DNA of 64,000 bases, from positions 52,390,001 through 52,454,000 of the forward strand of contig NC_043008.1 in the NCBI RefSeq assembly GCF_006345805.1, written 5' to 3'. The DNA is from Octopus sinensis. Taxonomy: Eukaryota. A model generated the notes under the pieces. The model worked only from the letters and a program-made list of their open reading frames with translations. It made no database searches and had not been told where the DNA came from. The position numbers were made by a program, and so were the translations under genes. This document shows, one piece after another, positions 24,961-38,758 of the stretch; the stretch's first letter is position 1; each line of letters begins with the position of its first letter.

Positions 24961-25931
24961 TGAAACCGGCTCTGGCTCTGAGTACAAATGTCTTGTTTTC
25001 ATAAGTTTTGAATGTAAATCTTCCACCAAACCTTAGTCACAATTTATGTTCCTAATATTAGCTTAATGATAACTAAGTTATTTTACTAAATTCTTTATCA
25101 TATTTAAAGTAATTGAAAGAAACACAGAGCATCTCAAAATAAATACAGTAACAAAAGGGTTAATACTATCTCGGTTGCTAATATTTTAAGTTTAATTATG
25201 CTGGCAGGATTGTTTGCACACTAGACAAAATGCTTAGTGGCATATCATCCATCTTTTTTTTTGGGGGGGGGTCAATATAAAAGATAGAAAATAGTAATAG
25301 CAAAATGATGAATTTGTCTTTGATAAGTAAGTGTTACTTCCTATTTGTTTCTATCTAGAAAATCAAAGGAAATGACTTACTAATTTCCTTCAAACTTTGC
25401 TTCAGTGACCTGGTCAGTGCAATAAGTACCAGCTGAACTCTGGGACTCAGTGTAATCCATGAGCTCTCTACCCCAAAATTTCAGGCCTTGTCCTTAAAGT
25501 AGAAAGGACAATTATTGGAATATATATGCTATATTTCCTGATATAGCAACAAAAGTATAACTTGCATTGGCAAGTAAAATGATTTTTCCCCCCTCATCTT
25601 TAGCACATTGCATTTTCTTTAGACTTATTCCCCCCTCCTGTTACTGCAAGGGAGAAAACTCAGTGACCTGATGCACTTAGAGTGTACTACCAGCTAATAA
25701 CAGCTTTGTAACCAGATGGTTTCAAGCTCTATCTCTCAGCATAACGCTTTGAGCAAGCATCTTCTACCACAGCCTTTGACCAAACAATGCCTTATGAATT
25801 GAATTAGACAGAAACTATAGAAGCTGGACACGTTATATGTGTTAGTCTATTCTGTGTCTTTGCAAAAGCTGTGACAAAATCCCTCTGTAGCTTGTACTTT
25901 TGAAAGGAAGTGGAATGTAAAAATCCTTTAA

Positions 25932-26142
25932 CCCTTTAGTGTTTGCATTATTCTGCCACAATTAATCCTTTTTTATCCACATTGTTTTGAACTAATCATG
26001 CATTATCTTTTGGCTATGAGATTTTGATGAGGTAGCTGTTAATTTTTAAAATGACATTGTAGGGTTGGTGTGAGAGACCAGATCTGGCCAGTTTGAACAT
26101 AAAGCAAGCAGAATACTTCTGGCCGGTTTAAATGCTAAAGGG
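25932..26142. mobile_element. piggyBac-type MITE (TTAA TSD)
   Basis: TTAA|CCCTTTAG...CTAAAGGG|TTAA. Confidence 0.8.
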
Positions 26143-27599
26143 TTAACTTGAAAAGTAAGTGACAGGAAGAGCATCTGGCTGTAGAAGTGCCTTGCTAAGT
26201 ATTCATTCAACCCATGCTAGCATAGAAAAACAGACCTAGAACAAAATGCCACATAAAGATTCTTTGCAATTTCTCAATGTGCTGGAAATAGCAACCAAAT
26301 CACACCTTATCTGTTTTAATTTAAAACTGTGTTTGAGGGGTGAATGGTCGACATCAGCTCGCAGGTTGTGGATGCAAAGCTTTTTATTAGTGTCTGCTGA
26401 ATCAGAGCGGATTTGGTGCTAAACTTAAAATACTTAGTATTTAAGTCCCTCTTTTTCATTACTCCAAGGACACAAGACTTCTACATTTCTTCCTCATCTC
26501 TAGTCTTAGTTTGGGGCTTTAGTTCCTATACATTGGGTCAGCTTAACACTGTATTTTATTTAGTTATTTTTAGTTTGTGGGCCATACTAGGGAACTGCTT
26601 TCAAGGGTTTTGCTTAATTGAACTTAGTTTTTCACACACCCTGCCCCTTACATCATTTAGAATGGTACTTAAGACTAAATATTTTCCCCTTTGGTATAGA
26701 CGGTACATAACTCAGACTAAATATTGATTTCAAGTTTTGACACAAGGCCAGCAATTAATGGGACAGGTGTATGTCAGTTACATCATCCCCCAGTGTCCAA
26801 CTGGTCCTTATTTGATTGACCCCAGAAGGATAAAAAGCATAGTCAACATCAGAATTTGAACTCAAAATAAAGACAGATGAAATGCCACTAAGCATGTCAA
26901 CAATTGTTAACTTGGTACCTTACTCAGGCTAAATATTTGAAAATATTTAGCCTAAGGCCAGTATGGAGGAGAAGGGATAAGTCGATTACATCAACCCCAG
27001 TGTTCAACTGGTACTTTGACCCTTAAAGGACAAAAAAGGTAAACTTGGCCTCAATGGAATCTGAATTCCTAGTGTAAGAATGCACAAAATGTCACTAAAC
27101 ATTTTACCCAGCCTGCTAATAGATTCAGCCTGCTTTCTGCTTTACACAGGGCTAAATACTTCAAGGTATTTTTGTTCATGCTCCGATTCACCGACCATTT
27201 CTACTTCTACAAAGAGTTTTTGTCCAATTAATTTCATTGACAAGGCTTTGGCCTATCCAAAGTCAATGTTGCAAAAGCATGTCTAGGCTTCTTGGCATGT
27301 ACAATCTTTGTAAGCAAAAGGATCATTAATAGTTTGCCTCCAGTCTTCCACATGTTCAGGCTGGTTATTGTATGGTAGACTGGGAAATTATCTCTCTTGG
27401 AAACAAGTGAAGGTTTAGTGAGAGAAAGATAGAGCTCCAGCTGAAGAGAGTATGCCCCATTGAATTATCAATCATGGAAAATGAAATTAATAAAACCAGG
27501 ACACATTCAACTTAGCAATTGCCATCTTGTGAATTGTACAATCAGATTTAACTAAGAAATGCCAAAATCAGAAAATAAAATGATTTTGCAGTTACAGTA

Positions 27600-27843
27600 T
27601 GTAACAACAGGAGATGCTGGTGGCACGTAAAAAGCACCCTCCAATTGTGGCCGTTTGCCAGCCTCGTCTGGCACGTAAAAAGCACCCACTACACTCATGG
27701 AGTGGTTGGCGTTAGGAAGGGCATCCAGCCGTAGAAACATTGCCAGATCAGACTGGGCCTGGTGCAGCCTTCTGGCTTCCCAGACCCCAGTTGCACCGTC
27801 CAACCCATGCTAGCATGGAAAGCGGATGCTAAACGATGATGAT
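27600..27843 (+). mobile_element. RTE 3' UTR copy
   Basis: GTTGGCGTTAGGAAGGGCATCCAGCC motif and (GAT)n tail. Confidence 0.75.
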
Positions 27844-28136
27844 ATATAAGGGAGTAAATCCAAACTTACAGGGAAAATTAGATTTAGGATTAAATCTAAT
27901 TTTACAGTATAAATTAAATTAGGCGATAAAACCACTATTAGGCAAATCAAGCAGTGAAAAACAAACCAAAACAGAGAAATAAAATTAATTAATATGATAT
28001 ACAAAATATATAAAATTTAAATTATATATAATATACAAAATATATTTAAATTTTGAATTTTATTTCTATGTTTTGGTTTATGTTTTTCACTGATTTGCCT
28101 AATAGTGGTTTTATCTCCAATTTAATTTAATTTAGT

Positions 28137-28167
<31 letters not shown>

Positions 28168-28932
28168 TATATATATATATAAGCAATAATACATTATGAA
28201 AACTATTCAAATGTTACAAAAAATAACTGAAGAAGAAATACAGTAACAAAATAGCTTTTATTTGTATAAAATGATAGCAGTGTTATATTATATTTTATTA
28301 AGTATAATCTTAACTAATTGCTCATGAAAAAGTATAATTAGGTAGAAGAAAGACTAAAACTACAGGGTAATTTACAAATCCTTTTAGCATTTATAAACTG
28401 GTTCACAACTGAGCTCAATCAAGTTTCTTATTGAAAGTTTCATCTTCTAATCCCTCCCAACTCATCATCATTGCTATTAACTACCGGAACTACATTCATT
28501 ACCCTCCACCCCCCTTGGACCACAATGACTGCCATGATTCTGGGATTCCAGGATAGCAAGTCTATTTGCTCTGCTGTTTATATAGTCAAATACTTGTATC
28601 ACCATGATCATTTGGACTCAGGATGTCCAGACAACCAGAACTATCATTAGAGCAGGCTTTTTTTTCTTTTAGGACAATGACCATTATCTTTTGACGAGAT
28701 TAATTAATTACTAAATATATAAACACAATTGTAAGAATTTTATATAGTATTTAACTGGTAAGAAGAGACGTGTTAATCACCCTGTAGAATTGTTTATGAC
28801 AAAAAGTTTAAACAATATAACATTGAGAAAAGGGCAAACTGGTTTCAGAGTGAATGTTTTTCCCCCCAATTCCATTTCTACCATTTTCACATCTGCCACA
28901 GACAAAAAAGAAAATGGATTTTATTAATTTGT

Positions 28933-29025
28933 TTATTTTGTAGATGATTCTTCAGTTTTTGTTTCTTCAGGTGAGGAAGGATTTACAGGTGTCATCTCAA
29001 TTTCTTCAGATTTTGGAAGTGATGT
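28933..29025 (-). CDS. PLIN2: Perilipin coding exon 9 (terminal)
   Basis: AG acceptor, TSLPKSEEIEMTPVNPSSPEETKTEESSTK*, 93 nt, phase 0. Confidence 0.75.
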   Translation of the reverse strand, partial: TSLPKSEEIEMTPVNPSSPEETKTEESSTK

Positions 29026-29181
29026 CTAGATTAAAGAAAAAATGTAACCGTGTTTGATTTTGAATTCATTAAAAAAATTAAGGTTTAGCATGAAAATTAC
29101 AGCCCCTATTGGCACCAAAAGAACAATGAGATTAGTCAAGCACTGTTGCTTGTTCCAATTTCAAATTTTTCCTTTGTTTAA

Positions 29182-29360
29182 CCCTTTTGATACCAACCCT
29201 TCTGCGACTTCACCCCGATTCTAGAATACAAATTTCTTATTTAAAAGTGACCTAAAAAATCTTCCAAAATTTCATGTTATGTTCCAGATAACAGCTTAAT
29301 GATTTTCAAAATTAATTGAAACAAAGACAGCATATTTCAACAAATATGGTAACAGAAGGG
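29182..29360. mobile_element. piggyBac-type MITE (TTAA TSD)
   Basis: TTAA|CCCTTTTG...CAGAAGGG|TTAA, ending 16 nt from the exon 8 donor. Confidence 0.65.
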
Positions 29361-29376
29361 TTAAGAGTTTACTTAC

Positions 29377-29487
29377 TATGTAAGATAAAGGTGTTTTCAG
29401 TAAAGTCTGGAATATTTGTTGTAAACCAAGAAGGGACTCTGTTGTTTTGTGGTACAGTGTTGAAGAAATATCTTTGATGGATTCAGT
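29377..29487 (-). CDS. PLIN2: Perilipin coding exon 8
   Basis: TTTCAG acceptor, TESIKDISSTLYHKTTESLLGLQQIFQTLLKTPLSYI, GTAAGT donor, 111 nt, phase 0/0. Confidence 0.8.
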
Positions 29488-29843
29488 CTGAAACAGTACA
29501 ATAAAATAAAATTAGATTCAAGTTTGAAGTTCTTTCAATTTCAGAAAATTGCACAAACTGTAATTGGCATTACTGGTTATAACAAACTGTACCCAATTGA
29601 TCTGATCAAACAGAACAGCCTCTTATGAAATTAACATGCAAGTGGCAGAGTACTCCACAGACATGCAATTCAGTAAGACACAATGTGACAAGGCTGGCTC
29701 TTTAAAATACAAGCACTACTCATTTTTGCTAGTTGAGTGGACTGGAGTAAATGGTCTTGCTCAAGGACAACACACCACCAGGCATCAAACTCGGACATGA
29801 ACTATAACAATAAGGCAAATATCCAATTGGTGAAATAACTTAC

Positions 29844-30005
29844 ATTCTGTATCGTTGTGTAGAGGTTCTGACTGTATTGTTGAGACTCTTTCATGAGTTG
29901 CTTAACAATATCTGGAGTTTCTGGTAAGTTGGACGAAATAAGATGAATGGTTTCTTGCGCTTGCTTTGCAACATGGCGAGCCAAAGTAATGGCTATTTCA
30001 TTGTT
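29844..30005 (-). CDS. PLIN2: Perilipin coding exon 7
   Basis: TTGCAG acceptor, NNEIAITLARHVAKQAQETIHL...NLYTTIQN, GTAAGT donor, 162 nt. Confidence 0.85.
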
Positions 30006-30044
30006 CTGCAAAACAAAAGAAAAAGAAAATCCAAGACGTTAGAG

Positions 30045-30264
30045 CAGTGGTTTTCAACCAGGGTTCTGCAGAACCTTAGGGTTCCGCCAGTACATTCCAG
30101 GGGTTACGCAAGAAGTTACAAAACTGCTAAAAATCGACAGTAATTTTGAATTCTCTTGTGCAGATATGTGTGCATAAGACAATTAAATTATTGCGCAGGG
30201 GTTCCTCGAGCCAGTGGAATGTTTCCTTGGGGTTCCGCTCCAGCAAAAAGGTTGAAAAGCACTG
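30045..30264. mobile_element. hAT (Charlie-like) MITE
   Basis: TIRs CAGTGGTTTTCAACC / GGTTGAAAAGCACTG. 8-bp TSD CGTTAGAG / GGTTAGAG (7 of 8 match). Confidence 0.85.
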
Positions 30265-31447
30265 GGTTAGAGTGTAATCCTATCTGTTCTCGTGTTTCAG
30301 TCTTTGGACAGTGGCCATACTGGGGCACTGTGTTGAAGGGTTTAGTCAATTTATCTCAGTACTTATTTTTAAGCTTTGTACTTATAAGTTAGGTGGACAT
30401 AAACACACTAACACTTGTTCTCAACTGATGTGAGGGGAAACAAAAAGTGTTCATTTACCAAATCCACAAAGGTTTTGGTCACCCTAGGGCTATAATAGAG
30501 ACTTGCACAAGGTGTTGTGCAGTAGAACTGAACCTGGAACCACAGGGTTGGGTGGCAAGCTTCTTATCACCCCAGAGCAAAATTTACTTATGTAAAAGTT
30601 ATGTTTACCTCATTGACATTAACCCTTTTGATATAAACCTGTCAAAAACTATTCCTGGTTCCGATACAAACTGTTTTAATCTTAAGAAAAAACTGCCATA
30701 AAAATCTATTAATTTACGTTCCAAACACTTAATGACAATTATTTCACAAAGTTCTTTGGTGACAAAAAGATGCTGAATTGACAGAGTTACCAGAGCATTT
30801 GCTAGAATGGTCTTATGGTATTTATTCTTTGTGTTCAGAGTTAAAATCTTGCCAAAATCAATCTTGTCTTTCATCCTTTCAGGGTCGATAAAAAAGAAGG
30901 TAATGGACTAGCAAAACTGTTAGAATGTCATACAAGACGCTTTGCAATATCTGTTCCCACATTTTTCTTTAGAATGGCAACACCTGTGATATCACTGGTA
31001 CTAAGCTGTAGTGGACCTAAAGTTACAGGCTTGTCTCTTCAACAACACTGACATGGAGAGAAGACTTGTATGCATAGGTGACTACAGCTTTCACAAAAAT
31101 GCTTACCCAGGCCTGTGACATGTTCGACCCTAACTCATACAGATACAACAGCTTAACTTAAAAACTGTCTGAGCCCATGGAGTATCATAAGTTTGTACAA
31201 AGTCACTTGGTAATATTTAGAATAACAGTCTTGAACAATGTGGACAATTGTGTTAGCCTTCTCTGGGACAAGACTAAACACTAAATTAGTTCCAGTTTTG
31301 TATTCCATTTGAATAACAGAAACGAAAATCATTATGATAGATTACTTTCGACAAATTCCATATCAAACTTTTTTTTTTTTTTAATTATTACAAAATTACT
31401 CTAATTAGTCAAGATATAGGTGTCTAAAAATGTAGGAATATGCTTAC

Positions 31448-31582
31448 AGTTTTTTCATTAAAGGATTTTCCTGCATATGGGTCTTCTTCACTCATGACTT
31501 CCTTCCATGTTGCCATAACTTTTTCCTTAACATTTTGGATCTTTTCTTGAGAAGAACCAATATTCTGTTGCAATGTCTCGAT
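31448..31582 (-). CDS. PLIN2: Perilipin coding exon 6
   Basis: TTGCAG acceptor, IETLQQNIGSSQEKIQNVKEKVMATWKEV...FNEKT, GTAAGC donor, 135 nt. Confidence 0.85.
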
Positions 31583-33139
31583 CTGCAAATCAATTTAAAA
31601 TGTCTGATAACTTCTCTAAACAACTTTATACTATTTTCTAACAAGAAAAAACTGCCCATTTTAATTGATTTTCAAAAGAATTTGATAGGGGTTTAATAAA
31701 AAATATTTTGTACCATAAATTATGCAGTTAAAAAAGCAAGTATTTAATTTTATCAGTTGAAATCAAAACTAGAATGGCAGTGCCATGCAGATAAATAATA
31801 TCAGACCAGTGTCTTTGACTAAATGTTATTAAAAAGAACCAGATGCTTTATATGATTATCTACTTTAAATCTTCATTTTTTTTAATATAACAAAATTCCT
31901 GCAAACGTTTTGCTTTTACAGTTTTTTTTTTAAACCACATTTGTGTTGAAATGTTCCATTTGTTTTAATTTTGAAAATAATTTACTAAAATGATTCATTA
32001 ACTCATTACCATATTTCTGTTAAAATATATTTCATTATTTTCAAAATTAACTGACACAAATTAAGTATTTAGTAAAATAACTCATTATTAAGCTGAAGTT
32101 TGGAACATAAAATTTTGATTTGGAAGATTTTATTTAGAAACCACTTTTAAACAAGAAGTTTATATCCTAGAATTAGAGGCAGTCTGAGAAGGGTTGGTAT
32201 TAAAAAGGTTAAGCAGATATTTGGAACAAATGAACATGAAATTTCAATGCAAAGTCACAATATTGATCATTTTAACTAATAAGTTTGCACTATAGAATCA
32301 GGATCAGTTTTGAGTGTGTTGGTATCAAAGAGTCTTGAGTGGGTTGGTATCAAGACATGTTAAATAAGGTACCAAATTTTACCCTCAATGAATTAACTAC
32401 ACCTTTTATACATCTTGCACATTTTCCATTATTACAAGGCTTCAGACTTATATTCCAGAAGAATGTGTTATATCCATACTGCTGTGGGAATTATTCACAA
32501 TCTAGGAGGAACCATGACAAAAGAATCCAAACAGTTGAGTGCCTAGTGCATACACCCACAATATTCATTCATTCTTGGACAAAAGACCAATTTTGTAAGA
32601 ATTTACATTTGCAGCCCAGACTTTATTCTGGACAAATAATTTCAGGTTCCAGTCCTACTAACTGTATACGGAGTAGGTTTTTAGGGATTGCTGTGATAAT
32701 GCATTGTCTGGTGCTGTTTATCTTGAACACATTTCACTGCTCCATCTTCGACTTAAGCAGCAGCTTTATGTCATTTTTCTCCAAGGAAACGCTATCAAAT
32801 ATAAAACCGCATGGAGTGAAGAAATTTTCCCTGGTACAGGGCAATAGTTTACTGAAGTAGCATACCTAGATGATCAGATAACTATTCTTGATATTAATCC
32901 CTTAGCATTCAGATTATTCTGTCAAATGTATAATACTAGTTTGTTGACATTGTTTTGAATTAATCATGCATTGTCCGAGATTTCAATGTGATTGTGTATT
33001 TTCAGAATGACATTGTAGGGAAGGTATGAAAGGCCAGATCTAGCCACTTTGAAACATGAAAATTTGAGCCAGATACAGCCAGTTTAAATGCTAGAAATGA
33101 ATATTACTAATGAAATTAACCATAAGGAGAAATACTTAC

Positions 33140-33294
33140 AAGAGCATAAGATGCAATTAATTTGTTCAGGGCTTCCTTGGAATGAGTCTGTGCACTTTCC
33201 AATTCTTTCATTGCTTTTGCATAGACACGTTTCTTGAGCTTCAGAGAAATGTTGCCAACACGAGCTAAGGAGGCTTCTTTAGAGGTTTCCAGTT
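33140..33294 (-). CDS. PLIN2: Perilipin coding exon 5
   Basis: CTCCAG acceptor, (E)LETSKEASLARVGNISLKLKKRVYAKAM...SYAL, GTAAGT donor, 155 nt, phase 1/0. Confidence 0.9.
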
Positions 33295-34401
33295 CTGGAG
33301 ACACAAAGAATCATCATATAACTAATGAAATTGGAGCAGTGGAAAAAAAAAAAACAATAAGCAAGTGGGAAAATTAAGAGTCTTGACTGTGTTTAAGTCA
33401 AAGTTTCCAGCCCCTGCAGATTGAAAACAATTTCAGACAGAGACCTAAGGAATTTTTTTTACAGCAACTGTGTTGCCAAGGAAACATGCAAGGAAACCTA
33501 TTTCTTTAAAAGTTTTGAGAGAAGACAAGCATCTTTCCATCAATGTCAGTTTTAACATGCACTTTTCAATGTCTGCATGGGTCAGATGAAACTTGAGGCA
33601 GATTTTATTTGGTCAGCTCTCATCCATTTGCAAGTCTCGTGTTGTACATGGTCTGAGATTTGGTTCTACTGCATGGCACCTTCAGCAAGTGTCTCCTATT
33701 ATAGACCCAAGTTAAACAAAACCTAGTGAGTGGAATGTCTTGACATTCCTGTTATACAGCTGTTGGCATTTATCTTCCATGAAGACAGTGTCCAACCTTA
33801 GGGAAATATTACCCTGCTTGGAAACAGGTGGGGATTGGCAAGACAGGCATCTGGCCAAAGAAAATCTGCTTTAATAACATGGGAAAGTGAATGTTAAAAC
33901 AATGACATTTTACTGCTATATCTAGGGGTTAAACAAAAGCTTTACAAGGATCTCTACAAGGGACCTTCCCCCCACCCACATTTATTTCATCACTTAACAC
34001 CAAGCCAAAACGGACAATGGAGCCTGGTGTGGCTCCTAGCCTCACCAGCTCCTGTCAAACCATCCAACCTATGCCATGATGGAAAATACTTCGACTATAA
34101 ATTGCGGAAAGGTCTCTAGAGTCATGGTGCGAGACAAGAAAAATCACCCATGGACAAGACACCAGTCTAGTTCAGTGACATGGCCAAGTGATCTGGTACC
34201 CATTCTTGAAGTCTTCACCAGATTCCATAGTATTTAACATGGCTTTAACTGACACAGCTATGATTAAGTGTATTTGCTAAGTTATATAAGGAGATGAGCA
34301 GATGGAAGAGAAACCCTTAATTTTAATCCAATGAACACAAGATTTCACTTTTATACAGCTTGCATAATTTAATTAATATAATGTATGCTTTTTGTGGTTA
34401 C

Positions 34402-34657
34402 CTTTGCCTGGTTCCTCAGAACCATCAACAACAGGCAGATATTTATCAAGAGCATCTTCAGAATAGGTTAAATAAACCTCCACCTGGTGTAACAGTTGCT
34501 GACCATAATCAGTTTGAAGCAGCCACTGCAGCTGGCTGTAAGTGTAGTTGGAAGCACGAAGCACCTGTTTAATGCCATATTCCTTGCTGTTTTCCAAAGA
34601 ACTGAAATACTTGATGTTGTCCACAGTTGTGTCCCCAAATTGTTTCACAGCATTGAC
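34402..34657 (-). CDS. PLIN2: Perilipin coding exon 4
   Basis: TTAAAG acceptor, VNAVKQFGDT...YSEDALDKYLPVVDGSEEPGK, GTAACC donor, 256 nt. Contains the perilipin D.YLP motif. Confidence 0.9.
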
Positions 34658-34870
34658 CTTTAAAATATTCAAATTTAAAGATTAAAAAAAAAAAAAAAAA
34701 TTTTTTTAAATCAGCAAATTACAATTTTTTTTGTAGGAGGTGTTATTGCTACGTTTTAGCTATATTTATTTATCATTAAATGGTTTCCATTCATATATTC
34801 AGGTTAAATTTCACATGTGATGTTTGGAACAAAATTTTATATTTTCAAAGAAAGTTTTAGACCATTTTAA

Positions 34871-35073
34871 CCCTTTAGCATTTAAACCAGCTAAAACATT
34901 CTGTTTTATGTTCAAACTAAACAGATTTGACCTCTCACACCTACCCTACAATGTCATTCGAAAAAAAATAATCACATGGAGTTCCCAAAGCCACAAGATA
35001 ATGTACAATGAATTCAAACCATTGTAAATAAATTAAGCATTACATTTCACAGAGTACTCTGAATACTAAAGGG
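34871..35073. mobile_element. piggyBac-type MITE (TTAA TSD)
   Basis: TTAA|CCCTTTAGCA...TACTAAAGGG|TTAA; reverse-orientation sister of the copy at 25932. Confidence 0.8.
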
Positions 35074-35253
35074 TTAAAACAAGGATATTTGTAGACATCA
35101 AGTACTGTCTCAGATAGGTTGATATCAAAAGGGTTAATTAGCAATATGAATTTAATCAATAGATGTTCAACCAATACTATAAGAAAAATTCAGACTTAGA
35201 AAGCAAAATTCTATTATTAAGACTTATGGAAGATTTGGCTAAACTGACTTTAC

Positions 35254-35310
35254 CTTATCAACTGCAGGCTGCACTAGATTGGAGCACATCTCTTTGCTGT
35301 CAGTGACAAT
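35254..35310 (-). CDS. PLIN2: Perilipin coding exon 3
   Basis: TAACAG acceptor, IVTDSKEMCSNLVQPAVDK, GTAAAG donor, 57 nt, phase 0/0. Confidence 0.8.
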
Positions 35311-36019
35311 CTGTTAAAATATAACATAACATAATAGCATTATATATAATAAACAGTTCCTCTCACAGAGAAATGATAGAAAAAAAATTCTTATACTGGT
35401 TTCAGTCACTAATCTGTGACCATGCTGGAGCACCACCTTTTCAAGGGTTTAATCCATCACAAACCCAGTACTTAGCTAAACCTGGTATTATTTTATTGTT
35501 TCATGAGTGCAACACCCTATCCACTAAACCACATGCCTCCACTATGTAAGAATGGTAAAATAGGCGATAAAAATGAAGATGTCCTAGTTGTTCAATCAAC
35601 TGAACAACATAGTATGTAGCTGGCTGAGTATTCCAAATACTCATGTTAACATAATCCTCAAGTAGAATCAGCAGGACAGAGACAAAGCCTATTAAGTTAC
35701 ATGTACAGTGCACGTGAATGGCTTCTACAGTTTCTTCTACTTTTACTCAAGATTCAGTAAACTTGAAAGTATTCCAGTGTGATGCACAGGAGGCTTGAAC
35801 CTTGGCCTTCATGATTGCAAAGGAAGCTTTTCATCATTCTGTTATGTCGCACGTTCGGATGCCTCTACTACTCAACTTGACACTGCTCTGTTCTAGTCTA
35901 CTTCAGCTGCTATTCTGACCTCGACATCTAGGCTTCTCCCTCTATATCTTTGTATTGGGCTAACCTACTCCATCGTCTGGGGGCGTCCACACAACACATT
36001 CAAACAGTGATCAACTTAC

Positions 36020-36102
36020 TTGCTGAGGAGTCTTTTTGATGGCAGGACACTTCTCCTCCAGTTTATCAAGTTGGTTGCATGCAAAGTTATCAGCAGCGTT
36101 AA
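36020..36102 (-). CDS. PLIN2: Perilipin coding exon 2 (end of PAT domain)
   Basis: (I)NAADNFACNQLDKLEEKCPAIKKTPQQ carries the PAT hallmark AC..LDKLEEK.P. 83 nt with AG/GTAAGT boundaries. Confidence 0.93.
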
Positions 36103-36733
36103 CTGAAAGAACAAATGAAATCAGTATCAAAACTGTGCAGAGGTTAACCTTTCGGCATTCAGATTATTTTGTCAAATGTGTTGCTTATTTACACTGTTTT
36201 GAATTAGTCATACATTATCCGATAGCTTCAAAATTTTGATGGTGTGACTGTATATATTTTTAGAATGACATTGTAGAACAGGTGAGAATCCAGATCAGGT
36301 AGTGCTTCGCTTTGAATTTTCAATCAAATGAATTGATCCCAGACTGATACTTATCCAGTCTCTTTTACCAAACTGCTAGGTTACGGGGTCAAACACACCA
36401 ACAGCAGTAGCCAGCAATGGTGGAGGACAATACACCACCTAGTCTGGGAATTGGAACATTATATACATATATCACACTCATGAGAAGCTTCTTTCAGTTT
36501 TCACTTACAAAGCTTTGGTTGGGCCAGAGTTATAATAGCAGTCATTTGTCCTATATGCTGTAGAATAAGACTGAACCCGGAAACAGAAAGTGAAGTTCTT
36601 AACCTCACAGCTGTTACATACATAAAAGATTGTTGACAAGTCATCTGATAGTTTTGCACTTTCAAAACTGCATAGAATAAAAAATCCTTTGAGATAACAG
36701 CATCCAGCTTAAAAAGCATAACGGTTATTAACA

Positions 36734-36870
36734 GGCACAGGAGTAGCTGTGTGGTAAGTAGCTTGCTTATCAACCATATGGTTCGGGGTTCAGTCCCACT
36801 GGGTGGCACCTTGGGCTGACCAATGCCTTGAGTCGATTTGGTAGACGGAAACTGAAAGAAGCCCGTCGTG

Positions 36871-36910
<40 letters not shown>

Positions 36911-37368
36911 GGTGCCCCAGCATGGCCACAGCTCAAGAGCTCAAACTGGAAAACGCGCGCGCGCGTGTGTGTGCGTGTGTGTACGTGCGTGCGTGCACGT
37001 GCACGTGTACGTGCGTGTGTGTGTGTGTGTGTGTGTACGTACGTGTGCGTGTGTGTACGTACGTACGTGTGTACGTACGTACGTGTGTGTGTACGTACGT
37101 GTGTGTGTACGTACGTGTGTGTGTACGTACGTGTGTGTGTACGTACGTGTGTGTGTACGTACGTGTGTGTGTACGTACGTGTGTGTGTTCCCCCAACATC
37201 ACTTGACAACCGATGCTGATGTGTTTACATCCCCATAACTTAGCAGTTCGACAAAAGAGACCGTAAATAAGTACTAGGCTTACAAAGAATAAGTCCTAGG
37301 GTCGATTTGTTCGACTAAAGGCGGTGCTCCAGCATGGCCACAGTCAAATGACTAAAACGAGTAAAAGA
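36734..37368 (+). mobile_element. tRNA-derived SINE family A with expanded (GTAC/GT) central repeat
   Basis: Full head and body. The centre (about 36955-37188) is a tandem GTACGTACGTGTGTGT-type repeat. Confidence 0.85.
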
Positions 37369-38047
37369 GGAAGGAGAATGCAGCTTAGAAACAGCTGAAT
37401 ATGTATTTAAAAAAAAAAAAAAATCCACTGACAAGGTTTTGTTCAGCCCTGGGCTGTTATTGCTGGAACCTATTTATAGTGGGACTAAACCTAAAACCAT
37501 AGGGCCTAGAGGCAACCTTAATCACACAGCCTTGCAAATACACAAAACAATTAGAAATCACATAGAACCCCACTTACCTTACATCAGAGCAAGGTTTCCC
37601 CAACATATTTCCACCCACCCCAGGTCCCACTGGTAGTTGGAAAAAAACCAACTTAAGTTTAAATATTCTATCACAATTATTTAATACAAAATCATCAACC
37701 AGTAACTTTGTACTAAGTATGAATAAGTACATTATTGACAACCATTTTCACAATTCCATCTACCACTATAAAAAAAATTTGAATCCCAGCACTACCACCA
37801 CCACAATTTTCCCAGGCCCCACAGACATATTCCTTCATACAGGACCTAGTTTTAAACCATTTTATTGAAAGTCACGTTTTTGTTTAGTACACAGTGTAAT
37901 GCTTATGTAAAGAAACCAGTGAATCTTAGTCAAGTTTCCTAACATAGCAGGTATGAAGATTCACCATAAAGCACTAAATTATTCCTTGTTCGATTTGCCA
38001 CATTACTATATAATTTTCATAGTCAGCAATATAAAATACAAACTTAC

Positions 38048-38270
38048 TCTGAGGTTGATATTTATCCAGAACTGGTTGAGCAGTATTCAGAACAGTTTTT
38101 GCTCCACTTTCAGCTTTATCAAAGGCATACTTCACCAATGTGTTGTACTCCTTGGCTTTGTTATAATATGCAGATAGTTGAGTCCATGTACTTTCAATGA
38201 CTGGGATTGAAGAAAAACGCTTCACGAACTGGACTTGTGTCTCTTCGTTGTTGCTTTGCTCGTGTTCCAT
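38048..38270 (-). CDS. PLIN2: Perilipin (PLIN2/3-like lipid droplet protein) coding exon 1; full protein 424 aa
   Basis: MEHEQSNNEETQVQFVKRFSSIPVIESTW...AYYNKAKEYNTLVK...AQPVLDKYQPQ is a PAT-domain start. Acceptor before 38295, GTAAGT donor. The nine exons sum to 1275 nt in frame. Exact orthology to a vertebrate PLIN is not resolved. Confidence 0.92.
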
Positions 38271-38758
38271 GTTAGATCTTTGCTGATTAAAAGTCCTAGA
38301 ATAAATAAAGTAAACGTTAAAAAAACGAAGTTACATAAAAAAAATTAAATAAAAGGTCAAGATTAACCATCAACGATTGAAGTGTTTATGGAACACCTGT
38401 ATAGCCCTGGAAGGTTATTTAATCCTCTGACAATTAATTTTCACTTTCTAAAGGATTTAACTTTCGTTTAATAACAATGATTACATTTTGTTCTGTGTAT
38501 TGTGTAATTGCGTGTAAACGTGTTTAGTAAATTGCTAGTATGGGAATAGTAGGCATAACTTTGTAATAATAGCTGTGTGTGATGGAAAGGGAACGCTTGC
38601 TTCACAAACGAGATATCTCTCGCAGCTAGATTACAGCAAAACGATAATAACACTTCACATACACTATAATCTCAGTGACGTGAGTGACAAATAATGATCA
38701 TTAAAATAAAAGACATTAATAAAAACAGTCAGAAATATAGGGAGAAACCTATCATTAC

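Noticed and set aside
32339-32860. 173-aa plus-strand ORF inside a perilipin intron
   Set aside because: No recognisable domain or splice support. Perilipin exons 5 and 6 join in phase without this region.
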